Origin: Nocardiopsis rhodophaea
GTDB taxonomy: Bacteria > Actinomycetota > Actinomycetes > Streptosporangiales > Streptosporangiaceae
DNA: 64,000 bases
Direction: 5' to 3'
Assembly: GCF_039530945.1 (NCBI RefSeq)
Contig: NZ_BAAAPC010000008.1
Coordinates: 123,234 to 187,233, forward strand
This document shows, in pieces, positions 45,311-55,581 of this stretch (its first letter is position 1; each line of letters opens with the position of its first letter). Under the pieces are notes generated by a model, which was given only the letters and a program-made list of their open reading frames with translations, searched no databases and had not been told where the DNA came from. The translations under genes were made by a program, and so were the position numbers.

Positions 45311-45556
45311 TCAGCCCCGGCAGGTTCCGTGGGCCTGGTGCGTGAAGCGCGGCCGGGGTGCGGCGCAGGGTGAGGATGTGACGGATGGGGCGGGAGGCAG
45401 CACGGCCGATGGCTCCTGGCCGAGGGCAGCCGGGTGCACACCGAGGACGCGGTCGATCTCGTCCAGGCTGAGTGGGGCCTCGGCGGTGGCCACGGCGCTC
45501 AGCACCTCGGCGTAGAGCTCGATCTCGGCCAGCGCGACATGGTCGTGCAGGCGCAT
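45311..45556 (-). CDS. Small hypothetical protein (uncertain)
   Basis: High GC3 only over the first 45 codons (MRLHDHVALAEIELYAEVLSAVATAEAPLSLDEIDRVLGV…). Confidence 0.25.
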   Translation of the reverse strand: MRLHDHVALAEIELYAEVLSAVATAEAPLSLDEIDRVLGVHPAALGQEPSAVLPPAPSVTSSPCAAPRPRFTHQAHGTCRG

Positions 45557-45982
45557 GTCGATGTCGGAATCCAAGCGCGCGCACCTCCATCGAAAGCGCT
45601 GCGGGAGGACGCGACCCGTCCTGTGCGTACAGCCGGACGCCGTTGCCCGTGCCGTCGGGGTCGTCGCCGGGCAGGACCCCGATCGGGGCCCGATATCCAG
45701 CCTCGAAATATAGGCTACGCGCCGGTAGCCTCGCGTCGCATGACTCGGACGGGCCATTCTGGGGTCACCGCCGATTGAGCCATCGCGACACCCGATTCAC
45801 CCGATCCACGGCCGGGGAATGGGGCGTGTCGGCGGATGCGGCTCCACTATTCCCTATCGTTGCCAAGGGTTGCGAAAGGTCGGACGAATTGGCGCTGATC
45901 TGTCGTATCGTCCCGCTACGGGGCGTCGTCGCCCGGTAGTGAGCTGTCCGTATCCAGGTTTTGCGGATCTCCGAGAATAGGA

Positions 45983-46510
45983 CTAGCGCCAGGTCACCTT
46001 GCGGTGATCGCGTGCGTACCGTTCGTATTTCTCCGGCGTGTCGGCGAAGACCTCGCGGTCGGCGTCGGTGAGTTCGCGGATGACTTTTCCGGGAACGCCC
46101 GCCCACAGGGTGCCGGCGGGAACGGTCTTGCCCGGAGGCACCAGGGCTCCGGCGGCGACAAGCGCTCCCGCCCCGACCCGGGCCCCGCCGAGGACGGTGG
46201 CCCCGATGCCGATCAGCGCGCCGTCCTCGACCACGGCGCCGTGCACCATGGCCTTGTGGCCCAGGCTGACGCGATCGCCCAGTACGGCCGGCTCGCCCGG
46301 ATCGGCGTGAAGTCCGCACTGGTCCTGGATGTTGCACAGCTCGCCCACGACGATCTCCTCGGTGTCGCCCCGCAGCACAGAGCCGTACCAGACGCCGCTG
46401 CGGTCCCCGATCCGAACGCGGCCCACGACGACCGCTCCCGGGGCGATCCAGGCGCCAGGGTGGATATCGGGCGAACCGAACGGGCCATCGCCCACCAGGG
46501 GTCCGTTCAT
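45983..46510 (-). CDS. Gamma-class carbonic anhydrase family protein (hexapeptide-repeat, YrdA/PaaY-like)
   Basis: From ATG at 46510: MNGPLVGDGPFGSPDIHPGAWIAPGAVVVGRVRIGDRSGVWYGSVLRGD…, with left-handed beta-helix hexapeptide repeats. Confidence 0.6.
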   Translation of the reverse strand: MNGPLVGDGPFGSPDIHPGAWIAPGAVVVGRVRIGDRSGVWYGSVLRGDTEEIVVGELCNIQDQCGLHADPGEPAVLGDRVSLGHKAMVHGAVVEDGALIGIGATVLGGARVGAGALVAAGALVPPGKTVPAGTLWAGVPGKVIRELTDADREVFADTPEKYERYARDHRKVTWR

Positions 46511-46874
46511 GTCGTGACTCCTTGCTTGTCGGCGCGGATACGGAGACGAATATGTCCTACTCAGCCCCACGCGTGCGTGATCCGGCATACCTTAGTAGGA
46601 GGATGAGCACGGTGGTCATGATGGGTCGGCACGATCGACTACCCGCCCGGGTTATTGAGGGGGCGGGGACCGGCTACTACCGTGGTCGGTTCCACGGTGT
46701 TCACAACGTCACGCTTCGCACTGGACTCGGGCTCTTGCGCCTCCGTCTCCCGGTACACCTCGAATCCTTGGGACAACGAATGTCACCGACGTGTTCTTGT
46801 GGTTCGGGCGGGAACGTGGGTCAGGCGGTCCGAGCCGCCTACCCCGACTCGCAGCCAACCTGGTTGATTAGGAC

Positions 46875-48041
46875 ATGAACGAACACAGCAACGACATTCT
46901 GCCGAATCTACTCCGCGACGAAGCCTTCCCGACCGTTCGAAAGAACGGTTACGACAAGCGCCAGGTCGACGATTTCGTCGTCCGCAACCACAACCAGATC
47001 CGCGACCTCCAGGAGCGGCTGGCGCGAGCGCACGACGAACTGGAGCAGCTCCGGCGTGAGCTGACCGAGGCCAAGGAGAAGGCCGCGGTCAAGCCCGAGC
47101 ACGAGCAGATCAGCGAGCGCATGGCCACGATCCTGCGGATCGCCGAGGAAGAAGCTAAGGACAAGCGCGCCAAAATCGACGAAGAGGTCAACGAGATCCG
47201 AGAGAAGGCCGAGAAGGAAGCCGAGAAGCGGATCAAGGAGGCCGACGAGCACGCCGAGAGCGTCGTCTCCACCGCCCGCGCCGAGGCCAACGAGATGGTC
47301 AGCACGGCCAAGCAGGAGTCCGAGCAGCTTCGCTCGCAGGCCAAGCAGGACGCCGAGCGGCGCCTGGGCGACGCCGAAGCGCGCGCCAAGACCATCAACG
47401 AGACCGCCGACCGTCGCCTGGCCACCCTGACGGCCACTCACAACGAGGCGGTCCGGCGGCTCAACGACATGCACGAGACGCTGGAGGAGCTGCTCAAGGC
47501 GGAGAAATCCGCCGGGCCGCTGGAAACCGGCATGTCCGAGGAGGAGATCAGGGCGGCGAACGAGAAGGCCGCCGCCGCGGCTCCGTCATCGGGGGGCAAG
47601 TCCGGAGGGGGAGCACAGGCACGGCCCGCCGGCGCCCAGCAGTCGAAGCCCGCTCCGTCGGGCGGCGCCGCCGAGTCGAAGAGCGCCGCGTCCGCGCCGT
47701 CCACGCCGGACTCCGAGTCCGCGGACGACGAGGAGACCATCAAGGTTCCGCAGTCCCAGAACGGCCCGGAGGCGTCCGCCGACCGGGGCCCGTCAGCGGC
47801 GGCCGGCCCGCAGGCGAGTGCGCCCCAGGCGGCGGCCCGTCCCGCCGCCGCGCCGCGTCCGCAGGGCGCGCGTTTCGCGGGCCCCGCGCCGGAGCAGGAA
47901 GCCGCCCCGCCCGTCCCGCCCGCCCCATCCGCCACCCCCGGTGCTCCGGGCGGCGGTATCTACAAGCAGCCGCAGGCACCCGCTCCGCACAAGCCGGAGA
48001 CGGCCGATGGCGCCGAAGGCGTTCGCATCATCAAGCCGTAG
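46875..48041 (+). CDS. DivIVA-domain protein with long coiled coil and Pro/Ala-rich tail
   Basis: N-terminal DivIVA motif FPTVRKNGYDKRQVDDFV, then Glu/Lys/Arg/Ala-rich heptads and a Pro/Ala/Ser-rich C-terminus. Confidence 0.65.
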   Translation: MNEHSNDILPNLLRDEAFPTVRKNGYDKRQVDDFVVRNHNQIRDLQERLARAHDELEQLRRELTEAKEKAAVKPEHEQISERMATILRIAEEEAKDKRAKIDEEVNEIREKAEKEAEKRIKEADEHAESVVSTARAEANEMVSTAKQESEQLRSQAKQDAERRLGDAEARAKTINETADRRLATLTATHNEAVRRLNDMHETLEELLKAEKSAGPLETGMSEEEIRAANEKAAAAAPSSGGKSGGGAQARPAGAQQSKPAPSGGAAESKSAASAPSTPDSESADDEETIKVPQSQNGPEASADRGPSAAAGPQASAPQAAARPAAAPRPQGARFAGPAPEQEAAPPVPPAPSATPGAPGGGIYKQPQAPAPHKPETADGAEGVRIIKP

Positions 48042-48229
48042 AGGCGCATCCCGCCGCCTCGCTTCTGGGGCGCGGGAGCCCAGTACGAAGCGGAGAACAA
48101 AGATCTCAACACCGTTGGTCAGCGGGGCTGTGAGGCGCCGGGGACGAGGGAGTGAGCCCCCTCGCCCCCGGCGCTGTTTCGTCACGTCTTGCGGGGTTAC
48201 GTCGGCCTTGTCATCCCTTGTCGGCTACG

Positions 48230-48691
48230 ATGCCGAAAGCCATGATTATCCGCGCGGCCATCCGGTCTGACCTCGGTGCGATCCTGCGACTCCTGCGGGA
48301 TCTCGGTGACTCGACGCACGCCCAGAGCGGCACGGTCCGTATGTCCTCGGCGGCTGTCCGGGCATGGACGCGCATCGAGAGCGACCCCGACCGCTCCGTC
48401 CTCGTCGCGGAGAGCAGGGGGCAGATCATCGGCACCCTCGACCTGATCGTGGTCGCCAACCTCACGCATGACGCCCAGCCGTGGGCGATCATCGAGAACG
48501 TCGTGGTCGACGCGAGCTGCCGACGGCGGGGGATCGGCCGGGCCCTGATCGAGGACGCCCTGGACCGCGCCGCCCACGTCGGCTGCTACAAGATCGAACT
48601 TCTCTCCCACGAGGACCAGCACGAAGCCCATGGCTTCTACAAAGCCATGGGCTTCGGCAACTCCGCGGAGGGGTTCCGCCGCTACCTGTAG
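48230..48691 (+). CDS. GNAT-family N-acetyltransferase
   Basis: …VVDASCRRRGIGRALIEDALDRAAHVGCYKIELLSHEDQHEAHGFYKAMGF is the GNAT acetyl-CoA-binding core. Confidence 0.6.
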   Translation: MPKAMIIRAAIRSDLGAILRLLRDLGDSTHAQSGTVRMSSAAVRAWTRIESDPDRSVLVAESRGQIIGTLDLIVVANLTHDAQPWAIIENVVVDASCRRRGIGRALIEDALDRAAHVGCYKIELLSHEDQHEAHGFYKAMGFGNSAEGFRRYL

Positions 48692-48748
48692 GGCGACGAC
48701 GGATCCCCGCGCGTTACCGCGCCGACGCCGCGGTCGCCCTGCGGCCGC

Positions 48749-50401
48749 CTACCGCCCCGAACGCAGCGGGACCTGCCGGAAGAACAGCACGGCCACGAAG
48801 CCCACGACGGCGATCGGGAGCCCCAGCAGGAAAACCGTGTGCATCGAGCTGTTGAACGCGGTGATCACCGCGTCATGGGCCGCTGGCGGCAGCGAGTTGA
48901 TGATCGCGGGGGAGCCCATCGCCGAGTCCGAGATGTCGGGCAGGGGAGGCGGCTGCTCCCCCGCCGCCTGGGCCGCTGCTCGGGCCCGCTCCGCCTTCTC
49001 GGCCAGCTGCGCCAGCTCGTCGTGCAACCGGTTGGTCATCACCGCGCCGAAGGCCGACACACCGACCGCTCCGCCGAGGTTGCGGAAGAAGGTGACCGCC
49101 GAGGTCCCCGCGGCCAGGTCCGCCTTTGACAGCGCGTTCTGCGTCGCCAGGATCAGGATCTGCATCGTCAGCCCGATGCCGAGGCCGATCAGTGCGACAC
49201 CGACGCCCACCAGGGTCAGGCTGGAGTCGACCTCCAGCAGGGTCAGCACGTAGAAGCCGAGGCCCACGAGGACCATGCCGACGACCGGGTAGATCTTCCA
49301 CCGGCCGGTGCGGCTGACCACGATGCCCGAGGAGATCGACGCCGTGAGCAGGCCGATCACCAGCGGCAGGGTCATCAGGCCCGACGCCGTGGGGCTCATC
49401 CCCTTGACGATCTGCAGGTACTGCGGGAAGTAGATCATCACGCCGAACATGCCCATGCCGATGGCCATCGAGCCCAGCGAGGACAGGACGAACGTCCGCT
49501 CACGGAAGAGCCGCGGCGGCAGGATCGGGTCGTGCGCGCGCCGTTCGCTGACGATGGCGCCGATGGTCAGCGCGATGGCGGCGGCGATCAGCGCGTACGT
49601 CGGCGCCGAGTTCCACTCGAACGACTTGCCGCCGAGACTGAGCACCAGCATGACCGTGCTCGCCGCGCCGACGATGAAGGTCGCGCCCCACCAGTCGATG
49701 CGCGTGTCGGTGTGCGGACGCACCGGCAACCGGAGCAGCCGCTGGATGACGACGAAGGCGACCACCGCAAGCGGCACGGTGATGAAGAAGCACCAGCGCC
49801 AGCCGAGTGGGCTGTCCACGAGGAAGCCACCGAGCAGCGGACCGGCCACGGTGGACACGCCGAAGACGGCACCGATGAAGCCGGAGTAGCGTCCGCGTTC
49901 ACGCGGCTCCACCACGTCGCCGAGGATGATCTGCGGCAGCGAGGCGAGCCCGCCCGTGCCGATGCCCTGGAAGAGCCGGGCCACGATGAGCCACGTCATG
50001 TCCTGGGCGAAACCGGCGGCCACGGACGACACGATGAAGATGAACAGCGCCAGCTGGAAGCTCAGCTTGCGGCCCCACAGGTCGGAGAGCTTGCCCCAGA
50101 TGGGTGTGGTGGCGGTCATCGTCAGCAGCGCCGAGCTCGCCACCCAGGCCAGCCGGTCCTGGCCGCCCAGTTCACCGACGATCGTCGGCAGGGCGGTACC
50201 GACGATCGAGTTCGTCAGCATTGACGTCAGGACGGCGAGCATCAGTCCGATCAGGACCTCGATGATCTGCCGCTGGGTGTACTGGGGCGTCGGCGCCCCG
50301 CCCGTGTCGACGTCGCTGGTCGGCGACCGCTGGGTCGCCCTCCCGCTGGCTGATTGCTCTGGCCGTTCGTCCGGCCGGCTGTCGACCCTTTGCTGCTCCA
50401 C
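48749..50401 (-). CDS. MFS transporter (DHA2-like, 14-TM drug/H+ antiporter family)
   Basis: Long hydrophobic ORF with MFS motifs (…GKLSDLWGRKLSF…). Probable GTG start near 50401. The upstream in-frame extension is Arg/Pro-rich junk. Confidence 0.6.
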   Translation of the reverse strand: MEQQRVDSRPDERPEQSASGRATQRSPTSDVDTGGAPTPQYTQRQIIEVLIGLMLAVLTSMLTNSIVGTALPTIVGELGGQDRLAWVASSALLTMTATTPIWGKLSDLWGRKLSFQLALFIFIVSSVAAGFAQDMTWLIVARLFQGIGTGGLASLPQIILGDVVEPRERGRYSGFIGAVFGVSTVAGPLLGGFLVDSPLGWRWCFFITVPLAVVAFVVIQRLLRLPVRPHTDTRIDWWGATFIVGAASTVMLVLSLGGKSFEWNSAPTYALIAAAIALTIGAIVSERRAHDPILPPRLFRERTFVLSSLGSMAIGMGMFGVMIYFPQYLQIVKGMSPTASGLMTLPLVIGLLTASISSGIVVSRTGRWKIYPVVGMVLVGLGFYVLTLLEVDSSLTLVGVGVALIGLGIGLTMQILILATQNALSKADLAAGTSAVTFFRNLGGAVGVSAFGAVMTNRLHDELAQLAEKAERARAAAQAAGEQPPPLPDISDSAMGSPAIINSLPPAAHDAVITAFNSSMHTVFLLGLPIAVVGFVAVLFFRQVPLRSGR

Positions 50402-50559
50402 TCCGCGTGTCCCCCAAGCGTGTGCGTGGAAAATCGAAATCCGATGGATCCGCGCCCGCCTCCGCCCGCGCGCAGCACCAGGTGTGGGCATGCGGTAGCG
50501 CCCCCGCTTCTGCGGAGGTGGGTCGACAGGATCACATACTGGTATAAGTAAACACTGTT

Positions 50560-50572
50560 GACTTGTCAAGTC
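50560..50572. promoter_or_regulatory. Perfect 13-bp palindrome GACTTGtCAAGTC in the TetR/MFS divergent intergenic region
   Basis: Lies between the MFS start (50401, minus) and the TetR start (50655, plus), adjacent to a TTGACT hexamer. Typical TetR operator geometry. Confidence 0.4.
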
Positions 50573-50654
50573 GGAACGCTGGATTTCACCCGCCGCAACC
50601 GCCGCCGGTAGGTTGCGACCGTGGCTGTGGCCTGGGCGGTGACGTGTACGGAGG

Positions 50655-51251
50655 ATGGATATGGAACGGCCGGACGACGCCGGTGCGTGCGCGGGCCGGA
50701 TGCGTGACCGAGCGGCCACACGCCAGCGCATCCTCGACAGCGCGCGCGAGCTGTTCACCAGCGAGGGGTACGAGCAGGTGTCCTCGCGGCGGATCGCGGC
50801 GCACGCGGGCGTCAACGTCGCACTCATCAACCGCTACTTCGGGGCCAAGCGCGGACTGCTGGCCGAGGTCATCGCGGAGGACGCGGTGTTCCCCGGCATT
50901 TTCGAGGGCGATCCCGCCACCCTGCCCCAGCGGCTGGCCGAGCATCTGACCGGGCGCGTGCTCGGTCCCGGGACGCCGCTGCAGCGGGCGCTGGAGCACT
51001 CGACGGGCGACCCCGACCTCCGCTCGGTCTACGAGGAGCGGCTGAAAAGCGCCCTGATCGAGCCGCTCGCCGCGCATCTCGGCGGGCCGGACGCCCGAGC
51101 GCGGGCGTCGCTGGTCGCGGGTGTGGTGCTCGGCATGGGCACGCTCAGGCGTGCCGAAGGCGCCACCGCGCTCCTCGAACTCGCCCCCGACGACCTGGCC
51201 GAGCGGCTGACCCGAATCATCGAGCAGTGCCTGGAGCGCTCCGCGGCCTGA
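50655..51251 (+). CDS. TetR-family transcriptional regulator
   Basis: N-terminal TetR HTH (RQRILDSARELFTSEGYEQVSSRRIAAHAGVNVALINRYFGAKRGL), divergent from the MFS pump. Confidence 0.65.
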   Translation: MDMERPDDAGACAGRMRDRAATRQRILDSARELFTSEGYEQVSSRRIAAHAGVNVALINRYFGAKRGLLAEVIAEDAVFPGIFEGDPATLPQRLAEHLTGRVLGPGTPLQRALEHSTGDPDLRSVYEERLKSALIEPLAAHLGGPDARARASLVAGVVLGMGTLRRAEGATALLELAPDDLAERLTRIIEQCLERSAA

Positions 51252-51519
51252 ACGCGGTGGCGCCCGGCGCCGCGGGCGATGCTCCGGACCCCGACCCGGC
51301 CGCGCCGCGCCGTCCTCCGCGCCGTTCGTGTGATCCACCGAACCCCGCTGTCGCCCCCGCGCCGGAGATCGGCGTCTATATCGTGCGCATGCCCGGATCC
51401 GAGTACGACACGCCGAGGAGGCCCGTGGTGCTTTGGATGTATACGTCCTGTGTTTCGCTGGAAATTGCTCCTGGCGCATTTCGGTAATTCGGTAATGAGG
51501 AGCGATAAGAGGGGGGAAA

Positions 51520-52044
51520 GTGACGAATCTCCTAGGCGTTGCCCGTATACCCCGGCGAAAGAGACCCCGGCCCATGACGCGGGCGGCGGTGACCTTATCC
51601 GTTTTCCTGGCGATCGGCACCATGGGCCTGATATCAGCGACGCGCGCCGTCGCCGAGGAGCGCAGCGGCGCCTCCGAGTGGGCGAGCTACACCGCGGAAC
51701 GCGCCGTCGCCCACGCCACGACACAGCTGGGCACGCCGTACCAGTACGGCGGTTCCGGCCCCAGCGGATTCGACTGCTCCGGCCTCGTCCAATGGGCCTA
51801 CAAAAAGGCCGGGAAAGCCATCTCGCGCACCACCTACACCCAGTACCGGGAGGGCAGCGCCGTGCCCCGCTCCCGACTGCGCAGAGGTGATCTGCTGTTC
51901 TTCTACTCCGGCCCGAGCCACGTCGGAATGTACGTCGGAAACGGCCAGATGATCCACGCGCCGCGTACCGGCCGAGCCGTGCAGATTGTCACGATGGCGC
52001 GGTACTACGACCGGAAATTCGTCGGCGCCCGACGCGTCGCCTGA
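51520..52044 (+). CDS. Secreted NlpC/P60 (C40) peptidoglycan endopeptidase
   Basis: Signal peptide, then YQYGGSGPSGFDCSGLVQWAYKKAG…HVGMYVGNGQMIHAP, the C40 catalytic Cys/His signatures. Preceded by a 270-nt leader. Confidence 0.65.
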   Translation: MTNLLGVARIPRRKRPRPMTRAAVTLSVFLAIGTMGLISATRAVAEERSGASEWASYTAERAVAHATTQLGTPYQYGGSGPSGFDCSGLVQWAYKKAGKAISRTTYTQYREGSAVPRSRLRRGDLLFFYSGPSHVGMYVGNGQMIHAPRTGRAVQIVTMARYYDRKFVGARRVA

Positions 52045-52085
52045 CCCGCCGCCGAGCCGCGGCGAGCGCGGCGATCCGGCGTTCC

Positions 52086-52124
52086 CTTTGCCCCGCCGCC
52101 CGCGCAGGCACAGCGGGGCAAAGG
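52086..52124. terminator. Bidirectional terminator hairpin between convergent NlpC/P60 and RidA genes
   Basis: CCTTTGCCCCGC-N15-GCGGGGCAAAGG, a 12-bp perfect stem. Confidence 0.5.
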
Positions 52125-52164
52125 CGTGCGGTCGGCCCGTCAGCGGCCCGCTTCTGTTCGCTGG

Positions 52165-52545
52165 TCACCCGCGCAGCTTCGCGACCACGTCGATCGCGAC
52201 CAGGATGTCCATCAGCTCGGAGCCCACCGTGGTACGCGCGGGCATGGGGTCGGAGAAGAACTCCGAGTAGACCGCGTTGAACTCGTCGAAGTCGTGCTTG
52301 AGGTGATGGAGGTACACCGTGGTCCGCACGACGTCGTGCAGCGTGAGGTCACGCTCGGCCAGCACCGCCTGGATGTTGCGCAGCACCTGGGCCGTCTGCG
52401 CCCCGACGGACGCGGCGACCTCGCCGGTTCGCGGATCCTGCGGGCCGAACCCCGACGTGAAGAGGAATCCCCCCGACACGACGCCCTGGCTGTAGGCGCC
52501 GCTCGGCTGAGGTGCCTGGTCCGTGTGGATCGCCTGCTTGGTCAT
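52165..52545 (-). CDS. RidA (YjgF/TdcF) family reactive-intermediate deaminase
   Basis: From ATG at 52545: MTKQAIHTDQAPQPSGAYSQGVVSGGFLFTSGFGPQDPRTGEV…, the RidA signature. Confidence 0.65.
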   Translation of the reverse strand: MTKQAIHTDQAPQPSGAYSQGVVSGGFLFTSGFGPQDPRTGEVAASVGAQTAQVLRNIQAVLAERDLTLHDVVRTTVYLHHLKHDFDEFNAVYSEFFSDPMPARTTVGSELMDILVAIDVVAKLRG

Positions 52546-52802
52546 CGTGCGCTCTCCTCTGGGTGACGACCGTCGGGACATGGCCAGCTGGAACCTGCGA
52601 CCGGCGCCAACTCCCACCACTACCATCGCCGATTTCCCGCCAGATGGAGGAGCGGAGCTCGGCGTGGGCGCGGCACGGCCTTCGGACACTCGCCCCCACC
52701 GCGGTCCCGTTCGCGGTGAGGACCACTACATTTGCGAAGTGATCCCGTGGGCACCGCGCGCGGTGCGGCGCGAAGGGCGCAGCGACAGTTGGGAGACAGC
52801 GG

Positions 52803-54395
52803 ATGACACGTGTCGTACTCGCCGGGGGCCGCGTCGTCGACGGAACCGGGACACCCGGTCGGGACGCCGACGTCGTCGTCGCGGACGGACGCGTCACTGA
52901 GGTGGCCGACCCGGGACGCGCCGAAGCCACCGGGAGACGCGTCGACGCCACCGGGCTGGTCGTCTCCCCCGGTTTCATCGACATGCACGCGCACTCCGAC
53001 CTCGCCGTCCTGGCCGACCCCGCGCACAAGGCCAAGGCCCTCCAGGGCGTCACCACCGAGGTCCTCGGCCAGGACGGCCTGAGCTACGCGCCCGTCACCG
53101 ACACCACGCTGCCGCAGCTCCGCGCCCAGCTGGCGGGATGGAACGGCACCCCCGACCTCGACTACGGGTGGCGCGGCGTCGGCGAGTACCTGGACCGGAT
53201 CGACGCCGGCACCCCGACCAACGTCGCTTACCTGGTCCCGCACGGCAACGTCCGGATGGCCGTCATGGGCACCGAGGACCGCGCCCCCACCGACGCCGAC
53301 CTGACCGCGATGCGGTCCCTCGTCGCCGAGGGCATGGCCGACGGCGCCATGGGGATGTCGGCCGGACTCACCTACACGCCCGGGATGTACGCCGATGACG
53401 CGGAGATCGTGGCGCTGCTCGAACCGGTGCGCCGGGCCGGCGGCTACTACTGCCCCCACCACCGCAACTACGGCTCCCGCGTGGTGGAGTCCTACCGGGA
53501 GTGCCTGGAGATCGCGCGCCGCGCCGGCGTCGCGCTGCACCTCGCGCACTGCCACGTCAACTTCCCGCGGAACCAGGGGCGCGCCCCGGAGGTGCTCGCC
53601 GCGATCGACGCCGCCGTTCGGGACCACGGGCTCGACGTCACCCTGGACAGCTACCCCTACCTCGCCGCGGCCACCTACCTCGGCGCGCTGCTGCCCAGCC
53701 GCGCGCATTCGGGAGGCACGGCCGCGGCCATCGCGCGGCTGCGCGACCCGGCCGAACGCGCCCGGATCCTCTACGAGGTCGAGGTGGTCGGCACCGACGG
53801 CAACCACGGCATCCCCGTCGACTGGGACACCGTCGTCGTCACCGGCGTCACCCGGCCCGAGCTGTCGTGGGCGGTGGGGTCGTCCATCCGGGAGCTGGCC
53901 GACACGCACGGGCGCGAAGCCGCGGAGGTCTTCGCCGACCTGCTGATCAAAGACGAGATGGGCGCCGGCTGCCTGCTGCGCGTCGGCAACGAGGAGAACG
54001 TCCGAACCATCATGGCCCACCCCGCGCACACCGCCGGGAGCGACGGTATCCTCGTGGGCGCCAAGCCGCACCCGCGCGCCTGGGGCACCTTTCCCCGCTA
54101 CTTCGAGACCTACGTGCGGGAGCTGGGCGTCCTGGGGCTCGAAGAGTGCGTGCGGCACATGACCTCCCGCCCGGCGCGCCGACTCGGGCTGCGGGACCGG
54201 GGCGTCATCCGGCCGGGCGCGGCCGCCGACATCACCGTTTTCGACCCGGAGGCGATCGCGTCGACGGCCACCTACGATAACCCCCGCGGCACCCCGGAAG
54301 GCATCCCGCACGTCCTGGTCAACGGCGAGTTCACGGTGCGCGACGGCGTCCGGACCGGCCACCTGCCGGGCCGGTCCCTGCGCCACCGGGCATGA
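52803..54395 (+). CDS. N-acyl-D-amino-acid deacylase (D-aminoacylase; amidohydrolase superfamily)
   Basis: MTRVVLAGGRVVDGTGTPGRDADVVVADGRVTEVAD…PGFIDMHAHSD… with the metal-binding HxH and downstream motifs of D-aminoacylases. Confidence 0.7.
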   Translation: MTRVVLAGGRVVDGTGTPGRDADVVVADGRVTEVADPGRAEATGRRVDATGLVVSPGFIDMHAHSDLAVLADPAHKAKALQGVTTEVLGQDGLSYAPVTDTTLPQLRAQLAGWNGTPDLDYGWRGVGEYLDRIDAGTPTNVAYLVPHGNVRMAVMGTEDRAPTDADLTAMRSLVAEGMADGAMGMSAGLTYTPGMYADDAEIVALLEPVRRAGGYYCPHHRNYGSRVVESYRECLEIARRAGVALHLAHCHVNFPRNQGRAPEVLAAIDAAVRDHGLDVTLDSYPYLAAATYLGALLPSRAHSGGTAAAIARLRDPAERARILYEVEVVGTDGNHGIPVDWDTVVVTGVTRPELSWAVGSSIRELADTHGREAAEVFADLLIKDEMGAGCLLRVGNEENVRTIMAHPAHTAGSDGILVGAKPHPRAWGTFPRYFETYVRELGVLGLEECVRHMTSRPARRLGLRDRGVIRPGAAADITVFDPEAIASTATYDNPRGTPEGIPHVLVNGEFTVRDGVRTGHLPGRSLRHRA

Positions 54396-54861
54396 CGTCC
54401 TTCGCGGAGGAGCCCGCCACCCGATGCCCTCACCCCCTCCCTCCGCCCTGGGGCGCGGAGGCTCGCGCGCTGACCGGTCCGAACGGACCGACCGACGGCC
54501 TGGGCGTCGGGGAGACCAGGGCCGCCGCCACCCTGCGCGGCGCCGGTGGCGTCGCCGTGCCGCCCGTGCGCGCGAGGCCATGCTCGTCGTGGACGATGGC
54601 GCCTGGCGTCGGCTGCGGTTCCCCGGTGACGCCCCTGGAGCCGCCACCCAGAGCCTCCCGGGCGCCGGTCGGGGGCAGAGCGGATGACCGCCGCCCCCGG
54701 TTTCCGGCCTCACCCCCGCGGGCGCCGCGTGCCGTGAGCGGCGGCTGCCCCGGAGTATCGGGCGGCTGGTTAAGAGCTGTCTAAGAGTCTGCGACCGGAA
54801 GGTGCTTCCCCAGGTGGGCGACGAGTACCGTCGGTCGGGTGGTGAGGAGAGGGGGACACGC

Positions 54862-55581
54862 GTGCCGGGTGGAACGCGGGTGCTCGTCGTCGAGGACGAG
54901 CCGTCGGTGCGCGACGCCGTGGCCGATGCCCTGGAACTGGAGGGGTATGAGGTCACCCGTGCCAGTGATGGCGGCAGCGGGCTGGAGGCGATCCAGCGGT
55001 GGCCGCCGGACGCCATCGTGCTCGACGTGCTGATGCCGTTCATGGACGGCCTCACCATGTGCGAGCGGCTGCGGTCCCGTGGCGACCGCACGCCGATCCT
55101 GATCCTGACCGCGCGCGACGCTGTGGGCGACCGTGTCGAGGGGCTCGATGCCGGGGCCGACGACTACCTGGTCAAACCCTTCGACCTGGACGAACTGCTG
55201 GCCCGGCTGCGCGCGCTGCTGCGCCGTGCCTACCCCGAGGAGAGCGGGACCATCGGCTACGCCGACCTGACCGTCGACACCGACGGCGGCCGGGCGTGGC
55301 GCGGAGACCGGGCCATGGAGCTGAGCCGCACCGAGTTCGCGCTGCTGGAGGTGCTGGCGCGCAATGCCGGGCGGGTGGTGCCGCGTGGTGTCATCGCCGA
55401 TGGAGTGTGGGGCTACGACTTCGGCCCCACCTCCAACTCGCTGGACGTCTACATCGGTTACCTGCGCCGCAAGCTGGAGGCCGGGGGCGAACCCCGGATC
55501 GTGCACACCGTGCGCGGCGTCGGCTACGTCCTGGAGGAGCGGCGGTCGGCCACCGGCGGTGGGGACGCGTCGCGTGGCTGA
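54862..55581 (+). CDS. OmpR/PhoB-family response regulator (MprA-like)
   Basis: Receiver domain (RVLVVEDEPSVRDAVADALELEGYEV…DAIVLDVLMPFMDGL) plus winged-helix domain. A tandem TAAGAG direct repeat lies at 54771-54788 upstream. Confidence 0.7.
   Translation: MPGGTRVLVVEDEPSVRDAVADALELEGYEVTRASDGGSGLEAIQRWPPDAIVLDVLMPFMDGLTMCERLRSRGDRTPILILTARDAVGDRVEGLDAGADDYLVKPFDLDELLARLRALLRRAYPEESGTIGYADLTVDTDGGRAWRGDRAMELSRTEFALLEVLARNAGRVVPRGVIADGVWGYDFGPTSNSLDVYIGYLRRKLEAGGEPRIVHTVRGVGYVLEERRSATGGGDASRG

Noticed and set aside
46522-46878. 118-aa plus ORF in the gamma-CA/DivIVA divergent intergenic region
   Set aside because: Low GC3, Arg-rich, and overlaps the DivIVA start. More likely a promoter region than a gene.
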